Positions 10,269 through 20,115 are shown, counted from the stretch's first letter. The stretch: DNA of 33,223 nucleotides from an uncultured Verrucomicrobiae bacterium (GCA_963788655.1 CAWBHS010000111.1:1-33223), one strand, 5' to 3'. Numbers and translations are program-made. Notes: generated from the sequence alone by a model not told the origin.

Positions 10269-10395
10269 TTAAACTCCCTGCTGCTTTCCTTTGCTGTAAT
10301 AGATGGCGATCAGTTTTTGCAGCGCAGCAGAAACGCGTTTCCCGTCCTTTGCCAACGATGCCAAAACCAAATCGTTGACAGTCTTGTCTTTCAAC
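10269..10395 (-). pseudogene. 3' remnant of an unknown cargo gene cut by IS66
   Basis: LKDKTVNDLVLASLAKDGKRVSAALQKLIAIYYSKGKQQGV* begins exactly at the IS66 left end. Confidence 0.5.
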
Positions 10396-10453
10396 GTAAC
10401 CGTCCGGCGACGCCGTCTTACGCTGAGCGCAGCGGGCGTGGCAGGATGGCGGG

Positions 10454-10813
10454 GTGAAACAACGAACATCCAAATCCGCCGAACTCCGACGACATCGCAC
10501 CCCAGAAGAGAAAGCCAGGATCCTCAGAGAGCACGAACGCAGCGGGCTCTCGCTGCTGGCGTTTGCCCGAGCGCACGGGCTGTGCTACGCAAGCCTGCGC
10601 CGCTGGAGATCCCGCCCCTGCCCGGGATCCCTCGTTCCCGCAGCGCCTGCTCCCCAGGCCGATCCGCGATTCGTCCCGGTGACGGTCGAAAGTGAAGTCT
10701 CGGGCGGGGATTACGTTCTGAACTTGGCCGGAGGGCGTTCTCTGAGGATCCCGCTGCGGTTCGAGCCAGATTCCTTGCGCCGACTGCTCAGCGTGCTGGA
10801 GGGCGTGCAATGA
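10454..10813 (+). CDS. tnpA: IS66 accessory protein TnpA (HTH)
   Basis: EEKARILREHERSGLSLLAFARAHGL...LRRWR, FVPV, overlapping tnpB start. Confidence 0.82.
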   Translation: MKQRTSKSAELRRHRTPEEKARILREHERSGLSLLAFARAHGLCYASLRRWRSRPCPGSLVPAAPAPQADPRFVPVTVESEVSGGDYVLNLAGGRSLRIPLRFEPDSLRRLLSVLEGVQ

Positions 10814-11166
10814 TCGGTCTTTTGCCCACCACGACGATCTACCTGGCTACCGCTCCCACAGATTTGCGCAAAGCCTACGACGGGCTGGCGGTCTTGGTTC
10901 GCCAGAGCCTGGGTCAAGACCCGCTCAGTGGCAGCCTCTACGTTTTCTGCAACCGCCGAAAGGATCGGATCAAGATCCTCTTTTGGGAAGAAGGCGGGTA
11001 TTGGCTGTGCGCTCGACGGCTTGAGCAGGGGACCTTTCGTTGGCCACAGAAGCAAGAAACCTGCGCGCGCTACCGCCGCGAGGAACTCCTGCTGCTTCTG
11101 GGAGGCATCGACCTGGAGGAGACCCGAGCGCGGAAGTGGTATCGGCGCGGGGCGGAAAATAAATAA
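10810..11166 (+). CDS. tnpB: IS66 accessory protein TnpB
   Basis: PTDLRKAYDGL, DPLSGSLYVFCNRRKDRIKILFWEEGGYWLCARRLEQGTFRWP. Confidence 0.95.
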   Translation: MIGLLPTTTIYLATAPTDLRKAYDGLAVLVRQSLGQDPLSGSLYVFCNRRKDRIKILFWEEGGYWLCARRLEQGTFRWPQKQETCARYRREELLLLLGGIDLEETRARKWYRRGAENK

Positions 11167-11215
11167 ACTTCCCGCTGGACTCTACTCCTCATCTCTGCTT
11201 TCATCGTGGGCAGAG

Positions 11216-12091
11216 ATGAACGAAACCTTCGAACTTCAGGGTCGTAGCTGGCAGGCCCAACAGATCCAAGAGCTTGGTCAATGGGTGAGCCAGAACCCGA
11301 CGTGGAGCCGCTACCGGATCTCCCGCGAGCTGTGCATCCGGTGGAGTTGGATTCGCCCCAACGGGCAGTTGGCGGACATGGCCGCGCGCAGTTTCCTCAA
11401 CAAGCTCCACGCGCGAGCCCTGATCCAACTGCCCCCCTGCCGGCGGGCGAGTCCCAACCGGATGAAGCACCGGCAGCTGGCATGCGTGGCGGTGGACTCC
11501 CGTCCCGTGGAAGGAGAGCTGGGCCAGTTGGGAGCGCTTCATCTCCACGAAGTCAGCCGGGATCCGGAGCGCCGAGCGGTGTTTGAGAGCCTCCTGGCCC
11601 GGGAGCATTACTTGGGCTACCGCAGCCCGGTGGGTGAGAACCTCAAGTATCTGCTATGCACCGAGCAGGATCGTCCGGTGGCCGCCTGGCTTTTCGGCGC
11701 GGCGGCCTGGCGGTGTGAGGCGCGGGATCGGTGGATCGGCTGGAACGATCGCGAGCGTGCCGCCGGACTCCATCGAATGACCAACAACACCCGGTTCCTC
11801 ATCCCCCGGTGGGTGCGGGTCCGTGGACTGGCCAGCTGGGGTTGGCGTCAGGTGAGTCGACGCCTGGTGAGCGACTGGAAAGCCAAGTATGGGCATGGCA
11901 TTGAGTTGGTGGAAACGTTCGTGGATCGGAGCCGCTTCCATGGAGGCGCTTACGCGGCCAGCAATTGGTTGGAGGTGGGGCTCACCCGAGGACGCAGCCG
12001 TGGGGATCGCGAGCGCCGGATCCATGTGCCCAAGAAAGCCGTGTATGTGTATCCACTGAGCAGCCAGGCTCGCCAAAGGTTGTGCCGATGA
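11216..12091 (+). CDS. Stand-alone DUF4338 (DruA-like) protein
   Basis: SRYRISRELC...W..PNG, HYLGYRSPVGENLKY, NNTRFLIP, VETFVD...YAASNW..VG.TRGR. Confidence 0.87.
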   Translation: MNETFELQGRSWQAQQIQELGQWVSQNPTWSRYRISRELCIRWSWIRPNGQLADMAARSFLNKLHARALIQLPPCRRASPNRMKHRQLACVAVDSRPVEGELGQLGALHLHEVSRDPERRAVFESLLAREHYLGYRSPVGENLKYLLCTEQDRPVAAWLFGAAAWRCEARDRWIGWNDRERAAGLHRMTNNTRFLIPRWVRVRGLASWGWRQVSRRLVSDWKAKYGHGIELVETFVDRSRFHGGAYAASNWLEVGLTRGRSRGDRERRIHVPKKAVYVYPLSSQARQRLCR

Positions 12092-12685
12092 GCGAGTCCC
12101 CAGAGGAAAGGCTGGCGGAGGAAATCCGGCGGTTGCGCGAGGAGAACGAGGCGCTGCGCCTTCAACACAGCCAATGGCAGTCGGAAAACGAGGCGCTGCA
12201 CCTTCAACACAGTCAATGGCAGTCGGAGAACGAGGCGCTGCGCCTTCAACACAGCCAATGGCAGTCGGAGAACGAGGCGTTGCGAATCCAGCTCCAGGAG
12301 CTTGAAGTCATTCGTCGCAACCTGGAGCACACGATCGCCGTTTACCAGCGATGCCTCTTTGGTTCGCGATCCGAGAAGATTGATCCCAAAGAACTGGAGG
12401 CGCGGATTGCCCAAGCGGCAGCCGAAGCCCGGGAACAACTGGCCAAGGAGAAACGCCCCGGAGATCCTCCGCCCGAAGCCGAGGAAGAACAACCCGAAGA
12501 GAAGGCTACGGCAGACACCTCTGCCGACCCAGCCGACCCATCCACGGATCGGCAGAAAGCCAAGAAGCGCAAAGCTCGCCCGCACGGTCGCGGAGGTTTT
12601 CCCGCGCATTTGCCGCGTCGACGAATCGAGCATCCCGTCGATCCCGCCAAGGCCGTCTGTGCATGTTGCTCGGATCATCCCCCCC
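12088..12685 (+). pseudogene. tnpC: IS66 transposase TnpC, N-terminal part only
   Basis: Coiled coil, LFGSRSEK, HGRGGFPAHLPRRRIEH, start of the zinc finger CACC; DDE domain absent. Confidence 0.85.
12142..12284 (+). repeat. 42-bp tandem repeat, about 3.4 copies, in the tnpC coiled coil
   Basis: GAGAACGAGGCGCTGCGCCTTCAACACAGCCAATGGCAGTCG units at 12142, 12184, 12226 and a partial one at 12268, encoding ENEALRLQHSQWQS. Confidence 0.95.
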
Positions 12686-12756
12686 GATCGCCTCAGCCGC
12701 CGAGGCAACCCACCTGCGATGCGGGTACCGAAACACTCCGCTCCCCGCCTGCCCAT

Positions 12757-13651
12757 TCAATACTCCACATTGCGACATTTCTCCTCAAGCTGACCTCGCA
12801 CCAGATCAATCGCTTCCTTGCTGAGAGTTTCTTTGCCGCGGCCAGTGATCACTTGGGGGAGCACCTTGGGATTCACTACGCGCACCGGGCCAAGTCTTTT
12901 CTCGGTGACCCAATACCCAGGAAAGGTCAGTACGGCGGAAACATCGAAGTCTTGCCCGGTCACCCTTTTGAGCCATTCCTTTAGCCACCTGGCATTTTTG
13001 GAAGCCTGCAGCAACCCTTTCCGGTCCTCACCCCAAGGACAGATGACGCGCTCACCGTCAAAACACACTTCGTGATCCTTGAACCCTGGTCGGGCTCGAC
13101 CTTTCCGCCGTGTCTTCGTTTCCACCACCCAAATCCCACCGGGTCCGACAGCTACGTGGTCGATGTTAAACTTGCCCGCGGCACCGTCACACGGAACATC
13201 GTGGAATACGAACCACCCTTCGCGCTTCAATGGTTCCAACCATTCCGCAACATATCGTTCGCCGAAGAATCCGAGGTAATCATCGGCCCGCTGCTGCAAC
13301 CGACGCAGATACCATCGAGCACAAAGGAGCAACGAAAATGCAAACACGACTGTAACAATCAATAGTCCTGTAACCGGTGACGACGGTAGGAATAAGTCCA
13401 TGACGTGGAACATCGTAGCGCCGGCCATTATCGGGATGAAAATTACCGCAAGCCCCCCACTGCAGATCCGCTTCGTCCTTGTCGATCACGCGGCGCCATA
13501 GATATTCTCCGGGCATCCGGATTAATTTAAGATCTTCTGGAAACGGTTTTCGCGTGTGGTGCTTCCGGCGGTCCCACCAAATAATTCCCAGCAGCACGCC
13601 AAAGAACAGGCCGATATAACCGACCACGTAAGGAATCCCGCTTAAATTCAT
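12757..13651 (-). CDS. Membrane-anchored NERD (nuclease-related domain) protein; indel near 13455
   Basis: N-terminal TM segments; GERYVAEWL, VFHDV, NIDHVAVGPGGIWVVETK. Confidence 0.85.
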
Positions 13652-13654
13652 ACG

Positions 13655-15196
13655 TTATCCCTTCAAATCCTCCGCAATGGTGGCGAACTGCTCCAGTGCC
13701 GCTTCCAGGTCGTCGCTGATGTCGTGCGGCGATGATTTCTGGCGCGGGCAGGTTGGCGGATTCTTCCAGCGCGTCGTCTTTCAGCCAGAAGATGTCCAGG
13801 TTCACCTTGTCGCGCTTGGTCAGTTCTTCGTAGGTGAAGCGACTTGAACCGCTCGCGTCTCGACGCGGTTGTGGCGGCTGGTAGCGGCGCGTCGCTCCGT
13901 GACCGCCGATCCCGGCGGCGCTGACACAGCGCCGCTACTACCAAAATAACAATTCACAAAATCATCCAGATCACTCCGCTTGAGCGTGTTTTCCTTGAGC
14001 GTGAAATGCAGGTTCGTGCGCAGGTCGTAAATCCAGAGCTTCTGCGTCCACGGCTTTTCCTGCGCGGGTTTGCGGTCGAAGAACAGGACGTTCGCCTTCA
14101 CGCCTTGCGCGTAGAAGATGCCGGTGGGCAGGCGCAGCAGCGTATGCACGTCCGCCTGCTTGAGCAATTCGCGCCGGATGGTTTCGCCCGCGCCGCCTTC
14201 AAACAGCACGTTGTCCGGCAACACCACCGCCGCGCGCCCGTGCTGCTTGAGGATGGTGAAGATGTGCTGGAGGAAATTGAGCTGCTTGTTGCTCGTGCTC
14301 GCCCAGAAATCGTCGCGGTTGATGATGAGCGATTCCTTGGACGACTCGCCCGCCTCGTTGACGATGGTCACGCTGCTCTTCTTGCCGAACGGCGGATTGG
14401 CCAGGACGATCTCGTATTCGCCATGCTTCCCGGCCAGCGCATCCTTGGTGGCCACCGGCAGGCCGTTGTTCAGTGGCATGTCCGCCTCGGACTCACCCGC
14501 CGATGCCGTGCAGCAGCATGTTCATCGCGCAGAGCCGGGTGACACTGTCCACCAGCTCGATGCCGAAGAGTGTGCCGTTCCGCAGCTTCTTCTTCTGCGC
14601 GCGATCAAGCTGGTAATGCTTGGCGATGTAATCATGCGCCGCCAGCAGAAAACCGCCCGTGCCGCAGGCGGGATCACAGATCGATCTTGCCCGGTGCAGG
14701 TTGCGACCGCATCCACCATCGCGGCGATGAGCGGGCGCGGCGTGAAATATTGGCCCGCGCCGCCTTTCACGTCCTCGGCGTTCTTTTGCAGCAACCCCTC
14801 GTAAGCGTCGCCCTTCACGTCGGCGGACAGGCTGGACCACTGCTCCTTGTCGATCAGGTCCACGATGAGCCGGCGCAGCTTGGCCGGGTCCTGGATTTTG
14901 TTCTGCGCCTTGCGGAAAATGACGCCGAGCATGCCCGACCGCTTGCCGAGTTCCTCCAACGTATGGCGATAATGAATTTCCAACTCGTCGCCATCCTTGG
15001 CCAGCAACGCCGGCCAATCCTTGCCCTTGGGAATGGGCGACGGCTTGTTGAACGGCGGACGCGACTGCTCATCCGCCATTTTCAGGAACAGCAGAAACGT
15101 CAACTGCTCCACATAATCGCCGTAGGACAAGCCGTCATCGCGCAGGATGTTGCAATAATTCCAAAGCTTTTGGACGAGGGCGGTGGGGTTGCTCAT
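13655..15196 (-). CDS. hsdM: Type I R-M methyltransferase HsdM, full-length copy C with several indels
   Basis: GQYFTPR, DPACGTGGFL, NPPF, LRLPTGIFYAQGVKANVLFF, C-terminus NLDIFWLKDD...IAEDLKG*. Confidence 0.95.
13881..13938. repeat. Inverted GTAG-type REP doublet inside the hsdM coding sequence
   Basis: GTAGCGGCGCGTCGCTCCGTGACCGCCG ... CGGCGCTGACACAGCGCCGCTAC. Confidence 0.7.
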
Positions 15197-15600
15197 TTTC
15201 TCTTCGGCAAAAGTTTTCGCAACCGCCGGGTGGCTTCGGCACGATCTATCTCGCTCGCCGCCACCGCCAGCGTCAGTTCTTCCCACTCCGACCCGTCGGT
15301 CTTTGGTTCGAGCCGTTCAAACGCAGAAACACGAGGCACGCGCCCAGCGCCGCCCGCTTGTTGCCGTCAATGAACGGATGATTCTTGCAGAGGTAAAACA
15401 AATACGCCGCCGCCACTTCCGCAATGTCCCGGTAAGGCGAACTGCCCGCCGAATCTCGCCTGCGGCGCGGCCACCGCCGATTCCAGCAACGCCCTTTCAC
15501 GCACGCCGTCCGAGCCGCCGAAGCGGCCGATGGCTTCCGCGTGAATCTCCCGCACATTCTCCACCGTGGGATGGAAGCAATTGTTTGGCGTGGCGCTCAT
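15193..15600 (-). CDS. doc: Death-on-curing (Doc/Fic) family toxin, with indels
   Basis: IHAEAIGRFGGSDGVRERALLESAVAAP, AAAYLFYLCKNHPFIDGNKRAA; stop overlaps the hsdM ATG. Confidence 0.9.
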
Positions 15601-15824
15601 GCCAGCTTCTTCATCGTCCGCGCGTAGTCCTTCATCGTCGCCTTGATGACCCGCGACACCTCGGCGCGCGAAGGCTTGGGACGCAGCGGCGTCAGCGTGA
15701 TCGTGCCGCCCTCGTGGACTTCCACGTTCACCTGGTCGCCGGCCTTCAAGCGCGCCAGATCCATCAGCGCCGCGTCAAACATCAACCCTTGCGAGTTGCC
15801 AATCTTTGAAATCGTTTTAACCAT
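15597..15824 (-). CDS. AbrB/MazE-type antitoxin
   Basis: KTISKIGNSQGL...LKAGDQVNV swapped-hairpin signature; ATGA overlap with doc. Confidence 0.9.
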   Translation of the reverse strand: MVKTISKIGNSQGLMFDAALMDLARLKAGDQVNVEVHEGGTITLTPLRPKPSRAEVSRVIKATMKDYARTMKKLA

Positions 15825-15830
15825 GTTGTT

Positions 15831-15859
15831 AAACTATGTTTTACGTGCGATTCTGTCAA
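15831..15859 (-). promoter_or_regulatory. Sigma70 promoter of the TA operon, probably giving a leaderless mRNA
   Basis: TTGACA-17 bp-TAGTTT, with the ATG only 6 nt after the -10 box. Confidence 0.75.
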
Positions 15860-15868
15860 GCCAGTGGT

Positions 15869-16180
15869 CGGATCCTGGATTTTGTTCTGCGCCTTGCGGA
15901 AAATGACGCCGAGCATGCCCGACCGCTTGCCGAGTTCCTCCAACGTATGACGATAATGAACTTCCAACTCGTCGCCATCCTTGGCCAGCAACGCCGGCCA
16001 ATCCTTGCCCTTGGGAATGGGCGACGGCTTGTTGAACGGCGGACGCGACTGCTCATCCGCCATTTTCAGGAACAACAGAAACGTCAACTGCTCCACATAA
16101 TCGCCGTAGGACAAACCGTCATCGCGAAGGATGTTGCAGTAATTCCAAAGTTTTTGAACGAGGGCGTTGGGGTTGCTCAT
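15869..16180 (-). repeat. hsdM: Truncated hsdM 5' end, copy B (104 codons)
   Basis: MSNPNALVQKLWNY...KAQNKIQDP, then an abrupt switch to the TA promoter. Confidence 0.93.
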
Positions 16181-16188
16181 GTCCTGCT

Positions 16189-17694
16189 TCAAACGATCGT
16201 AGTTTTCGTCATGCGGCTTTCTGCCATGCGTTTTGCAAGAGTGTCGCACATGGAAGCAACTTGTGCGCTTAAGTCGCCAGTCACATCGTATGTTATTCCA
16301 CCAACGCGGCTGCTCTCATCGAACAAACCAGGCGGTGCATCGGAAAACCAAACCGGAATGACCCCACCCTTTTTGAATTTCTTCTTAAACTGGTCGGATT
16401 CAAATTTTGTCCAGATGCGTTTCGGATATTCCTTGCTCAAAAGCACGACGACAAATTGGGCATCCGATTGGTAGATGGGGCGCAGGTAGTCTTCAACGTC
16501 CTCCGCAAGTATCCGGTGTTGTTCATTCTTGTCGTAGAAGACTTCGACCTCTCGATCACCAAGATTTGCAAAGATTGCCTCTGCGACATTTCGTTCTGAA
16601 CCAGCGAAAGAAAGCGCAAAATCATACCGTGATGGAAATTTGATTCCAAGGTAGCCAACATCCTCTGCAAAGCGATCCCAAGAAATATTTCGCAAGTAAA
16701 ATACGAATTGCGGATCTTCAACTGTCAACAGATGGTTGCGAGCCTCATAATGCACTACTTCGGCCATTTGCGGCACTGACCTCAACAAATCAACCAAGTA
16801 GTTCTTTTCGATGATTTGCGTTAAGCTGCCCTTCAAATCGGGATACCGCACCTGAGCTTTATCCAGCGAGAGCGTCCATTCGTCAGACGTGCCGAGCCAA
16901 TACAACAAATGGAGATACGGAGCACGACCCTCACGCCTCAAGCGTGTTCCTTTGGCAAATTCTTGGGTGCGGGACTGAAACCGCCTGGCAAGCGTATCGA
17001 AAACACGCGCTTTAACCTCTGGAAAGCTGATGGTTGTCTCGCTTTCTACCTCTTGTGCTTCAAGAACACCTGCATCAAGGCACGTGTGATAGGCCAACAT
17101 TTGCGCCAAATAGAAGCTACCTTTGGCAGACTCAATAATTTCGTCCCGGATGTTTATGGCGACTTTTAGAGCTTCCTCACCCTGTCGCAGGATTTCAGCG
17201 ACTCGTTTATCTGGGTTTGCTTCGAACGGGATGGTTTCTAGTCTGTTCGTTAGATCGTCTGCAAAATTTATTAAGGCTTCACCAGCTCTGTTGATTCCAA
17301 TCGCCACGACCTTACTGTCTGCGCGACCTTCGTCTGCCAGAACTTTCATCAAGTCGGCAATTTGTCTCTTTTCGCCGTCGGGCAGCTTGTGAAAATCGTC
17401 TATTATCACTGTTCCCAAAGGCTGCATTTTTGGGAGTTCCTTGATAAGCGCGACATCTTCAGATTTCCGGGCTGAGAGCTTCACGGCTTTCTCTGTAATT
17501 CCAACCTCTTCCATTGCCTTCGTGATGGCGGTTGTCTTGCCGATTCCCGATGGACCTTCGACGATAATCCCTCTACCAGGTGTCTTGAGCGCCATAAGCA
17601 GGCGTGGGTATTCCTCTGGCTTTACAAAGGTATACTTTGGGATGCCTGAAATAGTGAACACTTCGTGTAATTGCAATTTTGGGTCGTTGCTCAT
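16189..17694 (-). CDS. P-loop ATPase (STAND/AAA-like) with C-terminal TIR domain, 501 aa
   Basis: Walker A GPSGIGKT, Walker B VIIDDFH; TIR YDFALSFAGSER...VFYD...LLSKEY..RIWTKFE; ATG overlaps the hsdS stop. Confidence 0.87.
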   Translation of the reverse strand: MSNDPKLQLHEVFTISGIPKYTFVKPEEYPRLLMALKTPGRGIIVEGPSGIGKTTAITKAMEEVGITEKAVKLSARKSEDVALIKELPKMQPLGTVIIDDFHKLPDGEKRQIADLMKVLADEGRADSKVVAIGINRAGEALINFADDLTNRLETIPFEANPDKRVAEILRQGEEALKVAINIRDEIIESAKGSFYLAQMLAYHTCLDAGVLEAQEVESETTISFPEVKARVFDTLARRFQSRTQEFAKGTRLRREGRAPYLHLLYWLGTSDEWTLSLDKAQVRYPDLKGSLTQIIEKNYLVDLLRSVPQMAEVVHYEARNHLLTVEDPQFVFYLRNISWDRFAEDVGYLGIKFPSRYDFALSFAGSERNVAEAIFANLGDREVEVFYDKNEQHRILAEDVEDYLRPIYQSDAQFVVVLLSKEYPKRIWTKFESDQFKKKFKKGGVIPVWFSDAPPGLFDESSRVGGITYDVTGDLSAQVASMCDTLAKRMAESRMTKTTIV

Positions 17695-19207
17695 AATTCT
17701 CCTGTAAAAGCTTTTTGGAGGATGGACTGGCGGAGGCGGGTGGCGCGCTGGAGGTTGGCGGTCACCACCGACTCCAACTCCTCCACCACGCTCAACCGCC
17801 GCTCCACTTCCGCCACGATCCGCGTCTGCTCGGCCAGCGGGGGAAGCGGGATAGCAAGCATCGATTCGAGCTGAATCGATGAGTTGACGCCTGGGCGTGT
17901 CACGCCGCGAACATGCGCTAGGCGACGCGTGCTTCACGTATCAGCCCGGTAACTGCGCTAATGCGTAAACCGCGATCGCTGAACTGATGAAGATCGCTGA
18001 ATTCAGCGTGCACGGCAGAATATGCCCTGTCATTCTCCAATCATGCAGCCACGCCGGTCGAACGCAGACGTTGCCGAGCGAGCAGCCTGATGTCGCCAGA
18101 GCTCGCCAGCGCAGACTTATAACGCGCGTGCTGGTGAATTTCGGCGTACGCATAATGCAGCCTGTCCGGTCTGAACCCGTTTCCACGCACGTTCTGACCG
18201 CAATGAACTGGCACGCCGCATCTCCGTGTAATTCGTGTTGTGCAATTGAGCCGACGGTCCGGCCTGCACGCGTGTTAGACGATCTTGTCCAGATACCGAC
18301 TCGCCCACGTCCAGCCTTCGGGAAGCGACGGGAGATTGGCGGTGTCGGGGGCGGCGGGTTCTTTGTATTTGCCACGGCCCTGCCAGTTTTGGCGGCGCTC
18401 GGTGAGGATGCGGGCGAGGAGTTCCGCGCCGGTTTCAAACTTGGTTTTCGACTTCTGCCCTCGGCCCGCTGACTTCTGAAGTTCTGCCTCCGTGGGGACG
18501 AGGCGGCCTTCGCAGGCGGCTTTGAGGACGGCGGCGCGGTAGCGTTTGAGGTTGGCCTGCACCCGCCGCAACGCCGCCACCCCCGCCTCCAGCCGCGTGA
18601 ATTGCTTCTCAATCTCCGCCACAATCCGCCGCTGTTCGGTTCATGGAAACAGGAACGAAAAGTTTAGAACGAAGAAATGTCGCGTCGGTCGCACCGCTGG
18701 ATAAAGCGCGCCTTGAACCTTCTCGCACATCGCATCAATGAAATCATTGGTCTGAACAGCGTAGAAAAGAAATCCCGGCTCGGCGTCCTTTGCGCGCAGC
18801 ACATGAAAGCCAGTTGAACCAATCGCGCCGTCAAGGTCAGGCGGAACAAGCGCCACGGCGTTGAGATTTGGGCGCGTCATGGACACAACCACATCGCCAG
18901 CTTTCAAGACCTGCTTTGCCCGACTTGGCGCTTTCGCTACTGGCAAGACCTTCGGCTCAATGATTCGCTTCGTCTCGCGGTCGATACTGCTAATGTCAAC
19001 GTAGGTGAATTCTCCCCGGCTCGGTGGGCCGTCCTGAGCCACGCGGCTTTCCGTCATTTCACCAAGCGCAACCGTGTCACTTTCTTTCGCCGCTTCAGGG
19101 CTCGACATGTTTGGGGAAACGTGACTCAGGGCGGCGTCGCTGCGCTCCTTGCCCTGGGCTAATTTCTTTCGCCCCGTTGGGGCTGCGGTTGTGGCGTTCG
19201 CGCTCAT
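17691..19207 (-). CDS. hsdS: Type I R-M specificity subunit HsdS; many indels, TRD2 garbled
   Basis: TRD1 APSRAKQVLKAGDVVVSMTRPNLNAVA...STGFHVL; central EQRRIVAEIEKQFTRL...LPEGWTW; C-terminal IPLPPLAEQTRIVAEVE. Confidence 0.9.
19081..19184. repeat. Multi-hairpin palindromic repeat element encoding the HsdS N-terminus
   Basis: TTTCTTTCGCC direct repeats flanking CAGGGCGGCG...TTGCCCTG, ending in a GCCCCGTTGGGGC hairpin. Confidence 0.65.
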
Positions 19208-20091
19208 TGCCAAAGCGGATGTTGCCGCCAGTTCGACGGGATGCTCATCGGCGGCAGCGGAATTTCTTTGTATGCGTCGAACAATTTGAAGAGCCGCGTG
19301 TGCCACTGGCTTTGCGGCGCGGTTTGTTTCAGCGCATACCGGAGCAACGTGAGTACTGCGAAGATGCGGTGGTTCGGCACGGCGTGCGGTGGATGCCAGC
19401 GGGCATCGTGGCGGGCGTCGGGCAGCATCGGCTTGATGGCGAGTTCGCGATTCCAGAGCCGGGCGTGGTGGGCGCAGAGGTTGCGGATGTAATTCAGCGT
19501 GAGCAGCCAGGAGAAAAGCACGTTGCCGCTGATGCGCAGGTCCGCGCCGATGGTGCGCTGGGTGTGTTTGCCGCAGTGCCGGAACATGGTGAGCATCTGG
19601 CCGAAGGTCATGGTTTCGGCGGCGGTCCAGAGCGGCAGGTCGGGGAATTCGTCGTAGGTCTTGCGGAAATGGTCCACAAAAACTTCGCGGCTGCGCATGG
19701 CGTTGTCGTGGAGGTCATCGAGCAAGCGTTGGTGGTCCGCCGCCGGGATGCCGGGAAAGGCGGCGGGGGTTAAGTGGGCGAATGCGCCATGCCGGTGGAC
19801 GAGTTCATAGACGAGCCGGGAGCGGATGGCGATCTCGACGCGCTCAATAGCGTCCATGATGAGCAGGCGGAGCTGGCGGTCGAAGGTGTAGCGCCGCCAG
19901 ACGTTGGAGAAATTCGTGCCGGGCGCAAAAGAATTATCCGGCTGCTTGAACGGATACCAGTAGGCGCTGAGACGGTAGTAGCTGACGGCGGCGAGCCGGG
20001 CGACGAGTTCCGCCTTGTCGGCCACCAGACCGCGCGCGAGCAACTGGTCGGCTTGTTGATCGTAGGTGAGCGGGAGTTTGGCGTATTTCAT
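19204..20091 (-). CDS. Abi family (AbiD/AbiF, Abi_2, HEPN) protein
   Basis: VSYYRLSAY, YTFDRQLR, IERVEIAIRS, PLW..E.MTFG, HEPN RNLCAHH.RLWNR. Confidence 0.93.
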   Translation of the reverse strand: MKYAKLPLTYDQQADQLLARGLVADKAELVARLAAVSYYRLSAYWYPFKQPDNSFAPGTNFSNVWRRYTFDRQLRLLIMDAIERVEIAIRSRLVYELVHRHGAFAHLTPAAFPGIPAADHQRLLDDLHDNAMRSREVFVDHFRKTYDEFPDLPLWTAAETMTFGQMLTMFRHCGKHTQRTIGADLRISGNVLFSWLLTLNYIRNLCAHHARLWNRELAIKPMLPDARHDARWHPPHAVPNHRIFAVLTLLRYALKQTAPQSQWHTRLFKLFDAYKEIPLPPMSIPSNWRQHPLWQ

Positions 20092-20115
20092 GGGCGCTCG
20101 CCTCCGAATCGGGGC

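Larger units (their letters stand above)
10396..12685 (+). mobile_element. Truncated IS66-family element (left end, tnpA, tnpB, DUF4338 passenger, 5' tnpC)
   Basis: Left end GTAACCGTCCGGCGACGCCGTCTT is IS66-type; gene order tnpA-tnpB-X-tnpC; no right IR found. Confidence 0.87.

Noticed and set aside
4925..12091. Druantia defence system
   Set aside because: Only DUF4338 domains inside IS elements; no DruE-like helicase or other dru genes
12142..12284. Possible CRISPR array
   Set aside because: Head-to-tail 42-bp coding repeats with no spacers and no cas genes
3861..16180. hsdM copies as simple assembly duplication
   Set aside because: Copies differ mainly at synonymous positions and in a variable loop (GGESEADMPLNNG vs GSESDLPLGDGG), which random error would not produce; a chimera of strains is still not excluded
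1932..19207. hsdS shufflon driven by the serine recombinase
   Set aside because: No inverted or silent TRD copies; all repeats are direct; the recombinase lacks its catalytic domain and belongs to a separate element
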